Positions 1 to 9,420 are shown, counted from the first letter of the stretch. The stretch: DNA of 40,235 nucleotides from Cyanophyceae cyanobacterium (GCA_050331735.1 JBHJGN010000032.1:1-40235), one strand, 5' to 3'. Notes: generated by a model from the sequence alone, not told the origin. Translations and numbers: made by a program.

Positions 1-141
1 TGCTGCCGCGAGATCTTAACTCGGCTGTACTGATTCAAAAAGTGGGGCTGGGCGTTCGCCTCACTATAAAACGCGAATCCCGTCAAGGGAGGAGAAGCCA
101 GCGTTGTACCGCCTAAGCGGTCAACTTCTGGAGTACGTCAC
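1..141 (+). mobile_element. tnpB: Right end of an IS200/IS605-family (tnpB) element, including the last codons of tnpB and the probable omega-RNA scaffold
   Basis: Frame 3 (3..116) reads LPRDLNSAVLIQKVGLGVRLTIKRESRQGRRSQRCTA*. RDxNxA matches the TnpB RuvC-III DRDxNAA motif. It is followed by GAAGCC...ACCGC-CTAA-GCGGT (small hairpin)...GGAGTACGTCAC, a typical IS605 right end terminating in TCAC (138-141). Confidence 0.8.
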
Positions 142-189
142 CCTGTTTGCTAATATAAGCGAGGATGAGCCTCTACATGTTGATTGTGA

Positions 190-1071
190 ATGTCTGCCCA
201 AACAGCTCAGATTCTAGATGGAAAAGCCCTCGCGCTCAAGATTCAGCAGCAGCTTAAAGAGCGCATCGAGCAATTACAGCCAACCATTGGTCGTTCTCCC
301 GGTTTAGCCGTCTTAAGAATTGGAGACGATCCGGCCAGTGCTGCCTACGTTCGTGGTAAAGAACGTGCCTGTAGAAAGGTCGGGATTGCTTCGTTTGGAC
401 GGCATTTTCCGGCTGATACTCGCCTCGAAGACGTAGAGCAGATGATTCAAGCACTCAATCAAGACCGGCAAGTTGATGGGATTCTCCTCCAGTTACCTTT
501 GCCAAATCATTTAGATGCAGATTATCTTCTATATCAGATTGCTCCTCACAAAGATGTTGATGGTTTACATCCGCTTAATCTCGGGCATTTAGTCCGCTCG
601 GAACCAGGGATGCGAAGCTGTACTCCAGCGGGAGTGCTGCGGCTGCTTCAGGAATATCATGTTGAGCTCCAGGGCCAACAGGTCGTGGTGGTGGGTAGAA
701 GTATTTTAGTGGGTAAACCGCTTGCGCTGATGTTGCTAGCCGAGAATGCGACAGTCACCGTGGCTCATTCGCGCACTCAAAACCTTGCTCACGTAACTCG
801 CAGCGCTGATATTTTAGTGACGGCAGTCGGACGTCAACACCTGTTTACGGCTGCCATGGTGAAGCCGGGAGCCGTTGTCATTGATGTAGGCATCAATCGC
901 CTCACTGACGCTCAGGGATCGCCCTTAGTGGGCGACGTTGACTTTAATTCAGTGGCTGAGGTGGCTCGCTATCTAACGCCTGTCCCCGGTGGCGTTGGTC
1001 CGATGACGGTAGCAATGCTGCTGCAAAATACCGTCCTCAGCTACAGCAGAAACAGTGACCAGACTGATTGA
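190..1071 (+). CDS. folD: Bifunctional methylenetetrahydrofolate dehydrogenase/cyclohydrolase
   Basis: Motifs [54 protein letters not shown]. Confidence 0.98.
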   Translation: MSAQTAQILDGKALALKIQQQLKERIEQLQPTIGRSPGLAVLRIGDDPASAAYVRGKERACRKVGIASFGRHFPADTRLEDVEQMIQALNQDRQVDGILLQLPLPNHLDADYLLYQIAPHKDVDGLHPLNLGHLVRSEPGMRSCTPAGVLRLLQEYHVELQGQQVVVVGRSILVGKPLALMLLAENATVTVAHSRTQNLAHVTRSADILVTAVGRQHLFTAAMVKPGAVVIDVGINRLTDAQGSPLVGDVDFNSVAEVARYLTPVPGGVGPMTVAMLLQNTVLSYSRNSDQTD

Positions 1072-1220
1072 ACTTAATAACTAATAACCGACTAACCCCT
1101 ATTGCTGTTTGCTAAGGCACGAACCATCGGTAATTGATTGCTGGTCACTGAACTGTATTTGGTTAAAGTGACACATCAGGTAATAATTAAAACAGTCGGT
1201 ACAGGACAGGGCAGCAAGAT

Positions 1221-2126
1221 ATGGTTGGAACTGAAGCGAAATTAGGCTTTGAGCTATCGGCTTATTTGCAACAGCGCAAGAATTTAGTTGAGCAGGCGTT
1301 GGCACAATCTTTACCGATGGCCTCGCCCCCAAAAATCTACGAGGCCATGCGCTACTCGCTGTTAGCGGGAGGAAAGCGCTTGCGTCCGATTCTCTGCCTA
1401 GCGACCTGTGAACTCGTTGGGGGCACCGTAGAGATGGCCATGCCAACGGCCTGTGCCCTGGAGATGATTCACACAATGTCCCTGATTCACGACGACCTCC
1501 CAGCCATGGACAACGATGATTATCGCCGGGGTAAGTTAACAAATCATAAAGTATTTGGCGATGATATTGCCATCTTGGCCGGAGACGGATTGCTCGCTTA
1601 TGCTTTTGAATACGTTGCTACTCACAGCTCTGTTCCTCCAGAGCGAATTCTCCAGGTTGTCGCTCGACTAGGACGAACGGTGGGAGCGGCTGGACTCGTC
1701 GGCGGTCAGGTGATGGATTTAGAGTCTGAAGGGCAATCTGACATCTCCGTAGAAACCCTCACGCTGATTCATACTTGTAAAACCGGGGCGCTGTTAGACT
1801 CTTCGGTGGTGTCTGGGGCAATTTTAGCAGGAGCAGCGGACGCTGAGATCGCCCGCCTCAGTAAGTATGCTCAAAGTATCGGCTTAGCCTTTCAGATTGT
1901 GGATGATATTTTGGATATCACGTCCACTCAGGAAGAGCTGGGCAAGACAGTGGGCAAAGACCTACAGGCTCAGAAAGCCACCTATCCAAGTTTGTGGGGA
2001 TTGGAGGAGTCTCAGGCACAGGCTCAACAGCTTGTTGAAACAGCCGTGGCTGAACTGGAATCCTTCGGTGAGCCAGCCGCTCCCCTCCGGGCGATCGCCC
2101 GCTACATTATGACCCGCAAGCATTAG
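1221..2126 (+). CDS. crtE: Geranylgeranyl diphosphate synthase
   Basis: GGKRLRP, first Asp-rich motif [15 protein letters not shown], second motif [16 protein letters not shown]. Confidence 0.96.
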   Translation: MVGTEAKLGFELSAYLQQRKNLVEQALAQSLPMASPPKIYEAMRYSLLAGGKRLRPILCLATCELVGGTVEMAMPTACALEMIHTMSLIHDDLPAMDNDDYRRGKLTNHKVFGDDIAILAGDGLLAYAFEYVATHSSVPPERILQVVARLGRTVGAAGLVGGQVMDLESEGQSDISVETLTLIHTCKTGALLDSSVVSGAILAGAADAEIARLSKYAQSIGLAFQIVDDILDITSTQEELGKTVGKDLQAQKATYPSLWGLEESQAQAQQLVETAVAELESFGEPAAPLRAIARYIMTRKH

Positions 2127-2137
2127 CACCACAGACC

Positions 2138-2593
2138 ATGCAGGACTTTGACATTTTAAACAACCAAGTACTGTTAGTGGCTGTCTTCGCGTGTGGACTC
2201 GCTCAGCTCTTGAAGGCAGTAATTGAGCTAATCAGAAACGGCAAGGTCACCCTTGGATATTTGGTGACGACAGGAGGCATGCCGAGCGCTCATTCTGCTC
2301 TTGTCGGGGCCCTCGCGACGGGTGTTGGTCTGACAATGGGCTGGTCTAGCCCCGATTTTGCGATCGCCTGTCTGTTTGCAGTAATTGTTATGTACGATGC
2401 GGCGGGAGTTCGTCAGGCCGCTGGCAAACAGGCACGCCTGCTCAATCAAATTATCGATGAACTGTTTCGAGGCAAAGAGCTTGGTGAGGAGAGAGAGCGC
2501 CTCAAGGAGCTGCTCGGACACACGCCTTTTCAGGTCTTCGTGGGGCTAACTCTCGGCATCGGCATTTCTCTACTAGCGCTGCCTAGTTCGTAA
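2138..2593 (+). CDS. Divergent PAP2 family protein (DUF212)
   Basis: GGMPSAHS, VMYDAAGVR, LGHTP motifs. The usual cyanobacterial position directly after crtE. Confidence 0.92.
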   Translation: MQDFDILNNQVLLVAVFACGLAQLLKAVIELIRNGKVTLGYLVTTGGMPSAHSALVGALATGVGLTMGWSSPDFAIACLFAVIVMYDAAGVRQAAGKQARLLNQIIDELFRGKELGEERERLKELLGHTPFQVFVGLTLGIGISLLALPSS

Positions 2594-2642
2594 GCAGAAG
2601 CATCAATAACATGGTACCTCTGTAATTTTTTTCCCTTGTCCT

Positions 2643-2981
2643 TCAACCTTTTCCCGACTTCTGAATTTCTGCTGAGGCTAGTGGGTCAGGAATTGTCTCT
2701 GAAGGAGCCTCAAATTCTCCAGTGAGAACGTATTCGAGGCGCAGCTTTAGCCAGGTAATAAACTGAGGATTTGTCGAGATGACAGCGGCTGATGGCTGGG
2801 GACACTTGGCCTGAGTAGCAGAGAGAGCGGGCGCTTCTAAAAAGGCTGGCTGCTTTACTAGCCAAAAATCAATTTCTTTGTGGTTCTCTTGATAGTGACG
2901 GGTTCGTTCCTTGAGAACTTCCTCGAGAGGCTCTTCCTCAAGCAGAAAATGTTGACTGGCTAAAACGTAGTAGTAACGCAT
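2643..2981 (-). CDS. ycf54: Ycf54, auxiliary subunit of Mg-protoporphyrin IX monomethyl ester cyclase
   Basis: YYYVLASQHFLLEEEPLEEVLKER...FITWLKLRLEYV signature. Start placed at ATG 2981 rather than the track's GTG. Confidence 0.93.
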   Translation of the reverse strand: MRYYYVLASQHFLLEEEPLEEVLKERTRHYQENHKEIDFWLVKQPAFLEAPALSATQAKCPQPSAAVISTNPQFITWLKLRLEYVLTGEFEAPSETIPDPLASAEIQKSGKG

Positions 2982-3056
2982 AAGCGAGTGGAAATGGTGG
3001 TTACGACTTCCCGACACGGAAGCGGATACCTAGTGTATCATTTTTTGGCAATTTCA

Positions 3057-3084
3057 AAGCCAGTCAGCGATCGCTGACTGGCTT
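3057..3084. repeat. Perfect 28-bp palindrome centred on a HIP1 site
   Basis: AAGCCAGTCA-GCGATCGC-TGACTGGCTT is its own reverse complement. Confidence 0.95.
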
Positions 3085-3159
3085 CGAGACAGCCGGCACT
3101 GCTGACAAGAGCTGGGTGGCACTCCTGGGCGTTAACGGATGGAGATTTCCTCCGCCCAC

Positions 3160-4218
3160 TCAATTCGGAAACAGAGGAGACTCTTCAAATTGAGGCTGTT
3201 CTACCTGAATTGGCTCTTGGATCTGAGGAGTGACAATTTCCGTCGTTCCTAAGTAATTTTGCTGGGAGTTTTGCTGGGAGTTCGGCTCGGAGACATTATC
3301 AAAATTTCCTTGCTCAAAGCGTCCTTGAGGTTGTTCAACCGGAGAGAAGGAATTGTTAAATTCGTAACTGTTGAGCCGATCCTCGGGCGGTCGATAGGAG
3401 GAGCTTCTAGGCCCGGTCGGGGTGTTTGAGCCTGCTCCGTTCAAGCCCGAATTAAGCGGGACCGTTCCGTAGGGAGCAGAATCAGCAGTATCGGTAAAGG
3501 TGTTAAAGTCTCTAACTTTTTGGCGGCGAGCTTCCGCCTCGACATTCCGTTCCGGCTCCGGAACAGAATTATCTACTGCTGCTTCGCTCTCCTGAGCGGG
3601 CTCAGCCTGATCGGCAAAAACTCGGTCAACGGCTCTTTGAAGAGGATTGTCTGTAACGGGGGCTGGCTGAACCGCTGGAACCTCGGGATTGGCATAGCCT
3701 CCTCCCCCACCTTCGTTACCAAGATTGGATGGTGAAGACTCGCTGCGGTTTGAGTCAAAGAAAGAGCGATAATTATTGAACGATGCCCTTTCTACCAAAT
3801 CTGGACTAGACTCCGACGCGCCCTCTGTTTGGGTTCCTCCCAAAGCAGGAAAAATACTCTGGGTGGCATCTGCACCCTCTTCCGGACTTAACTGCTCTAA
3901 CAGAGTCTCCGATTGTGGTTGAGCAGGCACGTCTGTGCCAATTTGAGCACTGCTACCATCAACAAACTCATCTGGAGCCGGAGCGGCAGTATCGAGGTCA
4001 ATTCCCGGTTCGTCAATGGTTCCGGGCTGTTCAACCGTGGTGTTGAGCCATTCTGGATGCTGCCAATATAGCCCTGCACAAACGGCAACAATGGCCAGTA
4101 CTGCCGCCGAACCGAGAAAGAGAGGACGACTGAACGGCTGTAGACCGGCTCTGACATAGCGCAGGACAGAATTTTTTTCAGGGTCGTACTTCTGGTGAGT
4201 CGGGTGAAATTTTCTCAT
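3160..4218 (-). CDS. Hypothetical membrane-anchored protein with a long acidic, Pro/Ser/Gln-rich low-complexity tail
   Basis: 352-aa ORF with one hydrophobic helix (LFLGSAAVLAIVAVCAGLYW) followed by WQHPEWL. The rest looks disordered. Confidence 0.8.
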   Translation of the reverse strand: MRKFHPTHQKYDPEKNSVLRYVRAGLQPFSRPLFLGSAAVLAIVAVCAGLYWQHPEWLNTTVEQPGTIDEPGIDLDTAAPAPDEFVDGSSAQIGTDVPAQPQSETLLEQLSPEEGADATQSIFPALGGTQTEGASESSPDLVERASFNNYRSFFDSNRSESSPSNLGNEGGGGGYANPEVPAVQPAPVTDNPLQRAVDRVFADQAEPAQESEAAVDNSVPEPERNVEAEARRQKVRDFNTFTDTADSAPYGTVPLNSGLNGAGSNTPTGPRSSSYRPPEDRLNSYEFNNSFSPVEQPQGRFEQGNFDNVSEPNSQQNSQQNYLGTTEIVTPQIQEPIQVEQPQFEESPLFPN

Positions 4219-4401
4219 AATTTGCCAGAATATATTGATTGATAAACAAATTGGTGACTGCGTGCCTTTTAAAAATACCGTTTAAGCGATCAAAAATCGG
4301 GTAACGATCCTCCGGCTAAACCGTTGGGTTTCCAAGAAGTGGTGCTACCTCAAATTATAGGGGGAGCGATCGGCTTTAAGAGCGAATTGAGTCAAAGGTT
4401 G

Positions 4402-5562
4402 TTACTGAGAAGACCGCACCAAGAGCACACTAGCTGCCCCAACTCCCAATAAATTCGGTAGCCAAGCCGCCATCACCGGAGAAAGCACGCCCCAAACTCC
4501 CAGAGAGCTACAGAGGAAGATGAGCAGATAGTAGGCAAAAATTAAGCCAACACAAATACCGAAGCTCGTTGCTCTGCCGGTGTTTTGAGGACGCAGCCCA
4601 ACGACGGCTCCGATGAATCCAAACACTAAACAGATAAAGGGAAAAGCAATTTTTTCCTGAATCCGCACTTTAAGCTTGCGAATTTTCTGATCGTCATCGC
4701 TAAGCTCAAGAATTTTAAGATATTCCTGAGCCTGCACAAAATTCATTTCGTTGTAATCTCGTTTTCTTTGCGCTACATCTAGAGGGGCTCTAGGCAGTGA
4801 CAGTTGTTGACGGTCAAAGCGGACAATATTCTGGTAAGAACCATCTGGAGCCACAATATAAACAACGCCGTCGAAAAAGTCCCAGGTGTTAGCGGCGACG
4901 TTCCACGTTGCCGACTGGGCGGTAATAATTTGACTAATTTCTGCCTGAGAGCGATCGAGAATGGTGAGATGGCGCATTTCTTGCCCGTCAAATTCTTCGG
5001 CATAGAACAGACGAGCTAACACCGTTCTTTCCTGACCGTCTGTTTCAACTTCTTTGTATTCCTTAAAAATAATATTGTTTTCCTGAAAGGTCGGTTTTAC
5101 TCTGTCTAACGCTTTTTCCAGCGCGATTGTCGCTTCGTAGTTAGCGGCTGGAGCAATCACATCGTTGACGATGAAGGTCATGCCCGTCACGAGCAAACTG
5201 AGAAAAATACCGGGAAGGATGATACGGTAAGTGCTAATCCCGATACTGCGGAGAGCAACCAGTTCGCTATCGCTAGATAGACGGCTGTAGGTCATCAGGG
5301 TGGCGAGCAGAATAGCCATGGGAAAAGCCCAGACGATAAATCCTGGAATTTTTAACAGCAGCACTCTCAGAGCGAGCGATAGCAGTAATCCTGATTCTGT
5401 GACTTTACGAACCAAATCAAATCCAGAACCAATCGCCACAATTAAGGAAGTAAATATTCCCATGCCAAAGAGAAACGGCAGAATGAGTTCTCCGGCAATA
5501 TATCGGTCTAGAAGAGAGAGGCCAGTCAGTTTGATTGACCAGTGAGATCTTCCCGCAGTCAT
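4402..5562 (-). CDS. LptF/LptG (YjgP/YjgQ) family LPS export permease
   Basis: LLDRYI N-terminus, SRLSSDSELVALRSIGIS, 3+3 TM layout around a periplasmic domain, AAWLPN near the C-terminus. Confidence 0.93.
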   Translation of the reverse strand: MTAGRSHWSIKLTGLSLLDRYIAGELILPFLFGMGIFTSLIVAIGSGFDLVRKVTESGLLLSLALRVLLLKIPGFIVWAFPMAILLATLMTYSRLSSDSELVALRSIGISTYRIILPGIFLSLLVTGMTFIVNDVIAPAANYEATIALEKALDRVKPTFQENNIIFKEYKEVETDGQERTVLARLFYAEEFDGQEMRHLTILDRSQAEISQIITAQSATWNVAANTWDFFDGVVYIVAPDGSYQNIVRFDRQQLSLPRAPLDVAQRKRDYNEMNFVQAQEYLKILELSDDDQKIRKLKVRIQEKIAFPFICLVFGFIGAVVGLRPQNTGRATSFGICVGLIFAYYLLIFLCSSLGVWGVLSPVMAAWLPNLLGVGAASVLLVRSSQ

Positions 5563-5930
5563 TTGAGCATATCAATAAGTTTGATGGCCCTATTGTAGTC
5601 AGCCGAGGGGCAAGTGGACGACACTGTCGCCTAAGCAAACTATCTGCTTGACTGATGTGCCTTCAGAAGCAGGACGGCATCTTCTAGAAAGCTCAATCTA
5701 GAGACATAAATGCTGTCTGAAGGCTCCACCGGAATGCAGGGGGACGATGTAGCCGGAAGCGATAGAAAGCCAGGAATAAATCCGGCAATTTCCGGCACAG
5801 TACGTTTAATTTCCAAGCATAATGCACAATAGCGCAACCTCGGTATTTTCTCTTAAAAAAGCTTTTGCTCAATAGTCATTGATGCTGCTCCGGCAAGACC
5901 CATTTTCTATTTAACGGTGCCCTGATCTTG

Positions 5931-5976
5931 CTCAACGTTTCTCCGGAGGCAACTCCGGAGAAACGTTGAGTTTTTT
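5931..5976 (+). terminator. Strong intrinsic-terminator-like hairpin
   Basis: CTCAACGTTTCTCCGGAG-GCAA-CTCCGGAGAAACGTTGAG: perfect 18-bp stem, GNRA loop, followed by TTTTTT. Confidence 0.75.
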
Positions 5977-6240
5977 GACTCTACCTAGAGGAGAGACTTT
6001 CAACGAATTGAAAGTCCTGTTTTTTACTTTTCCGTGTCCGTAAAAAAACGGAGACAACTTTAACGAAGCTAGCCTCTATCAACAGATAGATATCCGTAGA
6101 AAAACTGATTTCAAAACCAAGAAATGAAGATATCTAATAGATAGTCGCATTTTGCTCGCATCAACAACAAAGCCGGATCTCGATCAAGATCTGTTAGTTT
6201 GAAAAGAAAACCCGCTTTTTATCTTGAGGACGCTAGATTG

Positions 6241-7245
6241 GTGAAAGTTGACTCTCGGACTGCAAATACCGCCAGTACCCAAAAAGCCAAGATTCTGATC
6301 ATTGATGACCATCGCTTCAGCCGCATGACAATGATTGATATTTTGTCTTTAGATGGATACGAGGTATTAGAAGCAGACAACAGTGCGGCGGTGCTTGATT
6401 TGGTGTATGATAGCCACCCAGATTTGATTTTGCTGGATGTCATGATGCCTCAAATGAACGGATTTGAGGTCTGTCGTCGTTTGAAGCAAGATGAACGCAC
6501 CAGACAAATTCCCGTAATTTTTGTAACCGTTACTGACGATCGACGACTGCGCCTCAAGTGTATTGAAGCGGGAGGAGAAGACTGCTTAGTTAAACCATTA
6601 GACCGACTGGCTCTCTCGGCGCGAGTCAAGTCGTTGATTCATCAAAAGCGGCTCAACGAAAATTTAGATCAAACCGAACAGGTTCTGTTCTCCATTGCTA
6701 AAGCGATCAAAAATCGTTACCCAGACGGTAATAACAGCGAAGAATTAGCCGCCTTGAGCCGAGCCTTTGGCTGCTACGTTCGGCTTTCACCGGAGGATAT
6801 TCAGAAGCTGAGATACGCCACCTATCTCCACGATATTGGCACCGTGGGCATTCCAGATGCAGTGCTGCTTAAAGAAGGGAAATTAACCCCAGAAGAACGA
6901 GAAATGATCGATCAGCACGTTCTCCTGGGGGAAGAACTGTGTCAGCCCCTGCGTCATCGGTGCGATGTTTTACCGATTATTCGTCACCATCACGAGCGTT
7001 GGGACGGTAGCGGTCATCCTGATGGTTTAGTCGGAGACGAAATTCCTTACTTGGCCCAGGTCTTTCAAATCCTCGATATTTACATGGCTCTGACCAGCAA
7101 TCGACCGTACAAACAGGCCCTCACTTCCAATCAAGCTTTAGCCGTCATTGAAGAAGAAGCGGCTCGTGGTTGGCGAAACCCTCGACTCACTGAGCAATTT
7201 GTTGCTTTTATTCAAGCCCAAGAAACGCTCAAATCAAGCCTGTAG
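6241..7245 (+). CDS. Response regulator with REC domain and a degenerate HD-GYP domain (RpfG-like)
   Basis: REC: ILIIDD, LLDVMMP, FVT, VKP. Output domain: HDIGTV, HHERWDGSGHPDGL, RPYK. Start uncertain (GTG 6241 versus TTG 6199). Confidence 0.9.
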   Translation: MKVDSRTANTASTQKAKILIIDDHRFSRMTMIDILSLDGYEVLEADNSAAVLDLVYDSHPDLILLDVMMPQMNGFEVCRRLKQDERTRQIPVIFVTVTDDRRLRLKCIEAGGEDCLVKPLDRLALSARVKSLIHQKRLNENLDQTEQVLFSIAKAIKNRYPDGNNSEELAALSRAFGCYVRLSPEDIQKLRYATYLHDIGTVGIPDAVLLKEGKLTPEEREMIDQHVLLGEELCQPLRHRCDVLPIIRHHHERWDGSGHPDGLVGDEIPYLAQVFQILDIYMALTSNRPYKQALTSNQALAVIEEEAARGWRNPRLTEQFVAFIQAQETLKSSL

Positions 7246-7378
7246 TTTGCCAAATACTCACCGCTCGTCTATCTCTGTATTTTTAGATACCACTTCTTAG
7301 CATCGAGACCGATACGATGAAGAACACTGTCACCGCTCAGGAGCGGTGAATAACGCTTATGTAAGACCAGTGAGGACG

Positions 7379-8437
7379 ATGAAAACCATTAAATGGGTAT
7401 GGGCTTTGGCTGCCGCTCAAGGGATTGTTTTACCAGCCGAGGCCGCTTCAATGGATTTTGGCGAGACTGCCGTTGAAGAAATCTATTACCTGTCCAGAAA
7501 TTTAGCGGGTCGAAGCGTTGGCACCCAAAAAGAAGCAGAAACGGTTGACTATTTAACTAATCGCTTGCAAGATCTTGGTTACACTCCAACCCTTCAGCCG
7601 TTTACCTACGAGTGGCAAGATGAAACGCTCACCTCTTACAACGTTATTGCAAGGCGACCGGGTGCTTTCGAGCAAGAAATTATCGTCGGCGCTCACTACG
7701 ATACAGCCCCCAGTACGATGTCCCTTGATCGCTCTAATTTAGAAGGCACCAATGATAATGCTTCTGGCGTAGGCGTACTATTAGAACTCGCGCAGAGACT
7801 TGACGACCCGACCTACTCTGTTGAATTTGTCCTGTTTGGGGCTGAAGAGATCGGCTTAGTTGGTTCTGAAGCTTACGTAAATCAACTGAGTGAGCAAGAG
7901 CTTGACAATACTCTGGTCATGGTAAACCTCGATAGTTTGGTATTCGGGGACTATCTGTATTTTAATGCTGGTCGCGGGGCCACTGACAACCCAGCATGGT
8001 TTAAGTATCGGGATTTGGCGCTCTCGATTGCTAATGAATCGGGGGTTGAGGCGAAAACAAACCCCGGATTGAACCCAGCCTACCCAGCCGGAACTGGATG
8101 CTGTAGTGATTTGGAATCTTTCGATCAGCTGGTTCCGGTACTGGCGGCAGAAGCAACCAACTGGGAAATTGGCGCTCTCGATGGCTATACTCAAACGGAC
8201 AATCCGCAAGTTCCTGGTGGAGCGACTTGGCACGATCCAGCTACCGATAATATTGAGTTCATCAACGAAGTTTTCCCGGGGTTGATTGAGGAACGGACCC
8301 GCGATTATACGCTGGTTCTCGATACTTTTATAGAAACTGTAGAAGAAGTATCGGTGCCTGAACCAGCAGCGGTTGTGGCAACGTTAACCGCTGCTGGTCT
8401 AGGCGGATTGTTGACCAAACGCCGACAGCACAAGTAA
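7379..8437 (+). CDS. M28 family aminopeptidase (Iap-like) with signal peptide and PEP-CTERM sorting domain
   Basis: GAHYD, NDNASG, AEEIG, NLDS, GTGCCSD, WHD. C-terminal VPEP + hydrophobic helix + KRRQHK. Start placed at ATG 7379. Confidence 0.88.
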   Translation: MKTIKWVWALAAAQGIVLPAEAASMDFGETAVEEIYYLSRNLAGRSVGTQKEAETVDYLTNRLQDLGYTPTLQPFTYEWQDETLTSYNVIARRPGAFEQEIIVGAHYDTAPSTMSLDRSNLEGTNDNASGVGVLLELAQRLDDPTYSVEFVLFGAEEIGLVGSEAYVNQLSEQELDNTLVMVNLDSLVFGDYLYFNAGRGATDNPAWFKYRDLALSIANESGVEAKTNPGLNPAYPAGTGCCSDLESFDQLVPVLAAEATNWEIGALDGYTQTDNPQVPGGATWHDPATDNIEFINEVFPGLIEERTRDYTLVLDTFIETVEEVSVPEPAAVVATLTAAGLGGLLTKRRQHK

Positions 8438-8439
8438 AT

Positions 8440-9420
8440 TTAAACTCGAGCCGTTTCCTGAGCTTGGGGCGATCGCATCGGCACATCAGCCCGCATCGCG
8501 CGAAACATTCCAAACCGACACAGACCGGTTCCAAAGGCTAACCGCATCAGCAATAGGGTCGGAACTTCCCGCACTGATTTAAGCAAGCCCGGTAGGCCAA
8601 ACCGCATCCATCCTTGAGGGCGCACGACTCCTTGCCAGATAGAGTCTAACCATGAAGGCAGGGTTTCTCGGGTCCAGTCGGCGGTGACCACCTCCCCGCT
8701 AACAAGACCCGTCTCCTCCAAAAGTGCGGAGAAGCCTTCAATGCTCGCAAAAGCGGGATGCGACCACTGATCGAGTAATTGCCGCATCACGGGCTTTTCC
8801 CAAAAGTTCAGCGGCTGGAGGCGAGTATCCCTTTGATTCCAGTCAGCAACCACCAATACCCCACCAGGTTTGAGAACCCGCATGAGTTCTTGGGCAAAAA
8901 CAGCTTTGTTGGGCATATGAGGTCCGGCTTCCACCGACCACACTACATCAAAACTGGCATCTGGGAAAGAAAGCTGCATAGCATCGTTCACCAAGAAGGA
9001 AGCATTCACTTCGTCCGGGGTTAACTCTTGGGCGCGCTTCACCTGTTGGGGACTGATCGTGACACCAGTGACGGCAAAGCCGTAATCCTGCGCCAAAATC
9101 CGGCTACTGCCTCCAATGCCGCAGCCAACATCTAAGAGCGCTGTTCCGCGGGGAAGGTGGTGTAATTCTCCCCACTTTACCATTTCATGTACAAAGTCAA
9201 CTTTGGCAACTAGAAAATCTTTCCGTTGCGGAGGGGAACCGTAGTGTCCTAGGTGAATATGCTCGCCCCAGTAGTATTCGAGAATCCCGTCTTCTGTCCA
9301 CTGATCGTAAGAGTTGGCAACAGAGTCAGCGGATTGGTAGCGACGAGCGGACATAAAATAGAAGCCAAGACCACCCGTCAGTAGGATAACTAGCAGTCCC
9401 AGGAAGTATAGTAAATTCAT
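8440..9420 (-). CDS. MPBQ/MSBQ methyltransferase (tocopherol/plastoquinone pathway, sll0418-like)
   Basis: ARRYQSADSVANSYDQWTEDGILEYYWGEHIHLGHY, LLDVGCGIGG, SVEAGPHM, VVADWNQRD. Confidence 0.88.
   Translation of the reverse strand: MNLLYFLGLLVILLTGGLGFYFMSARRYQSADSVANSYDQWTEDGILEYYWGEHIHLGHYGSPPQRKDFLVAKVDFVHEMVKWGELHHLPRGTALLDVGCGIGGSSRILAQDYGFAVTGVTISPQQVKRAQELTPDEVNASFLVNDAMQLSFPDASFDVVWSVEAGPHMPNKAVFAQELMRVLKPGGVLVVADWNQRDTRLQPLNFWEKPVMRQLLDQWSHPAFASIEGFSALLEETGLVSGEVVTADWTRETLPSWLDSIWQGVVRPQGWMRFGLPGLLKSVREVPTLLLMRLAFGTGLCRFGMFRAMRADVPMRSPQAQETARV

Noticed and set aside
1105..1115. 11-nt match (CTGTTTGCTAA) to the putative TnpB guide at 143-153
   Set aside because: Short, mismatched at the first guide position, and with no verifiable TAM. 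Chance or a shared promoter-like motif explains it equally well.
3257..3282. 12-bp direct repeat TTTTGCTGGGAG x2
   Set aside because: An in-frame NSQQ duplication in a low-complexity coding region.
4300..4345. CCTCCGGCTAAACC resembling part of a c-di-GMP-I riboswitch
   Set aside because: The GGCAAA...GAAA P2 element and ACGCAAAG are missing, and it lies antisense to the flanking genes.
5640..5837. 65-aa minus-strand ORF upstream of lptF/G
   Set aside because: Non-ATG start and no recognisable motif; coding status cannot be supported.
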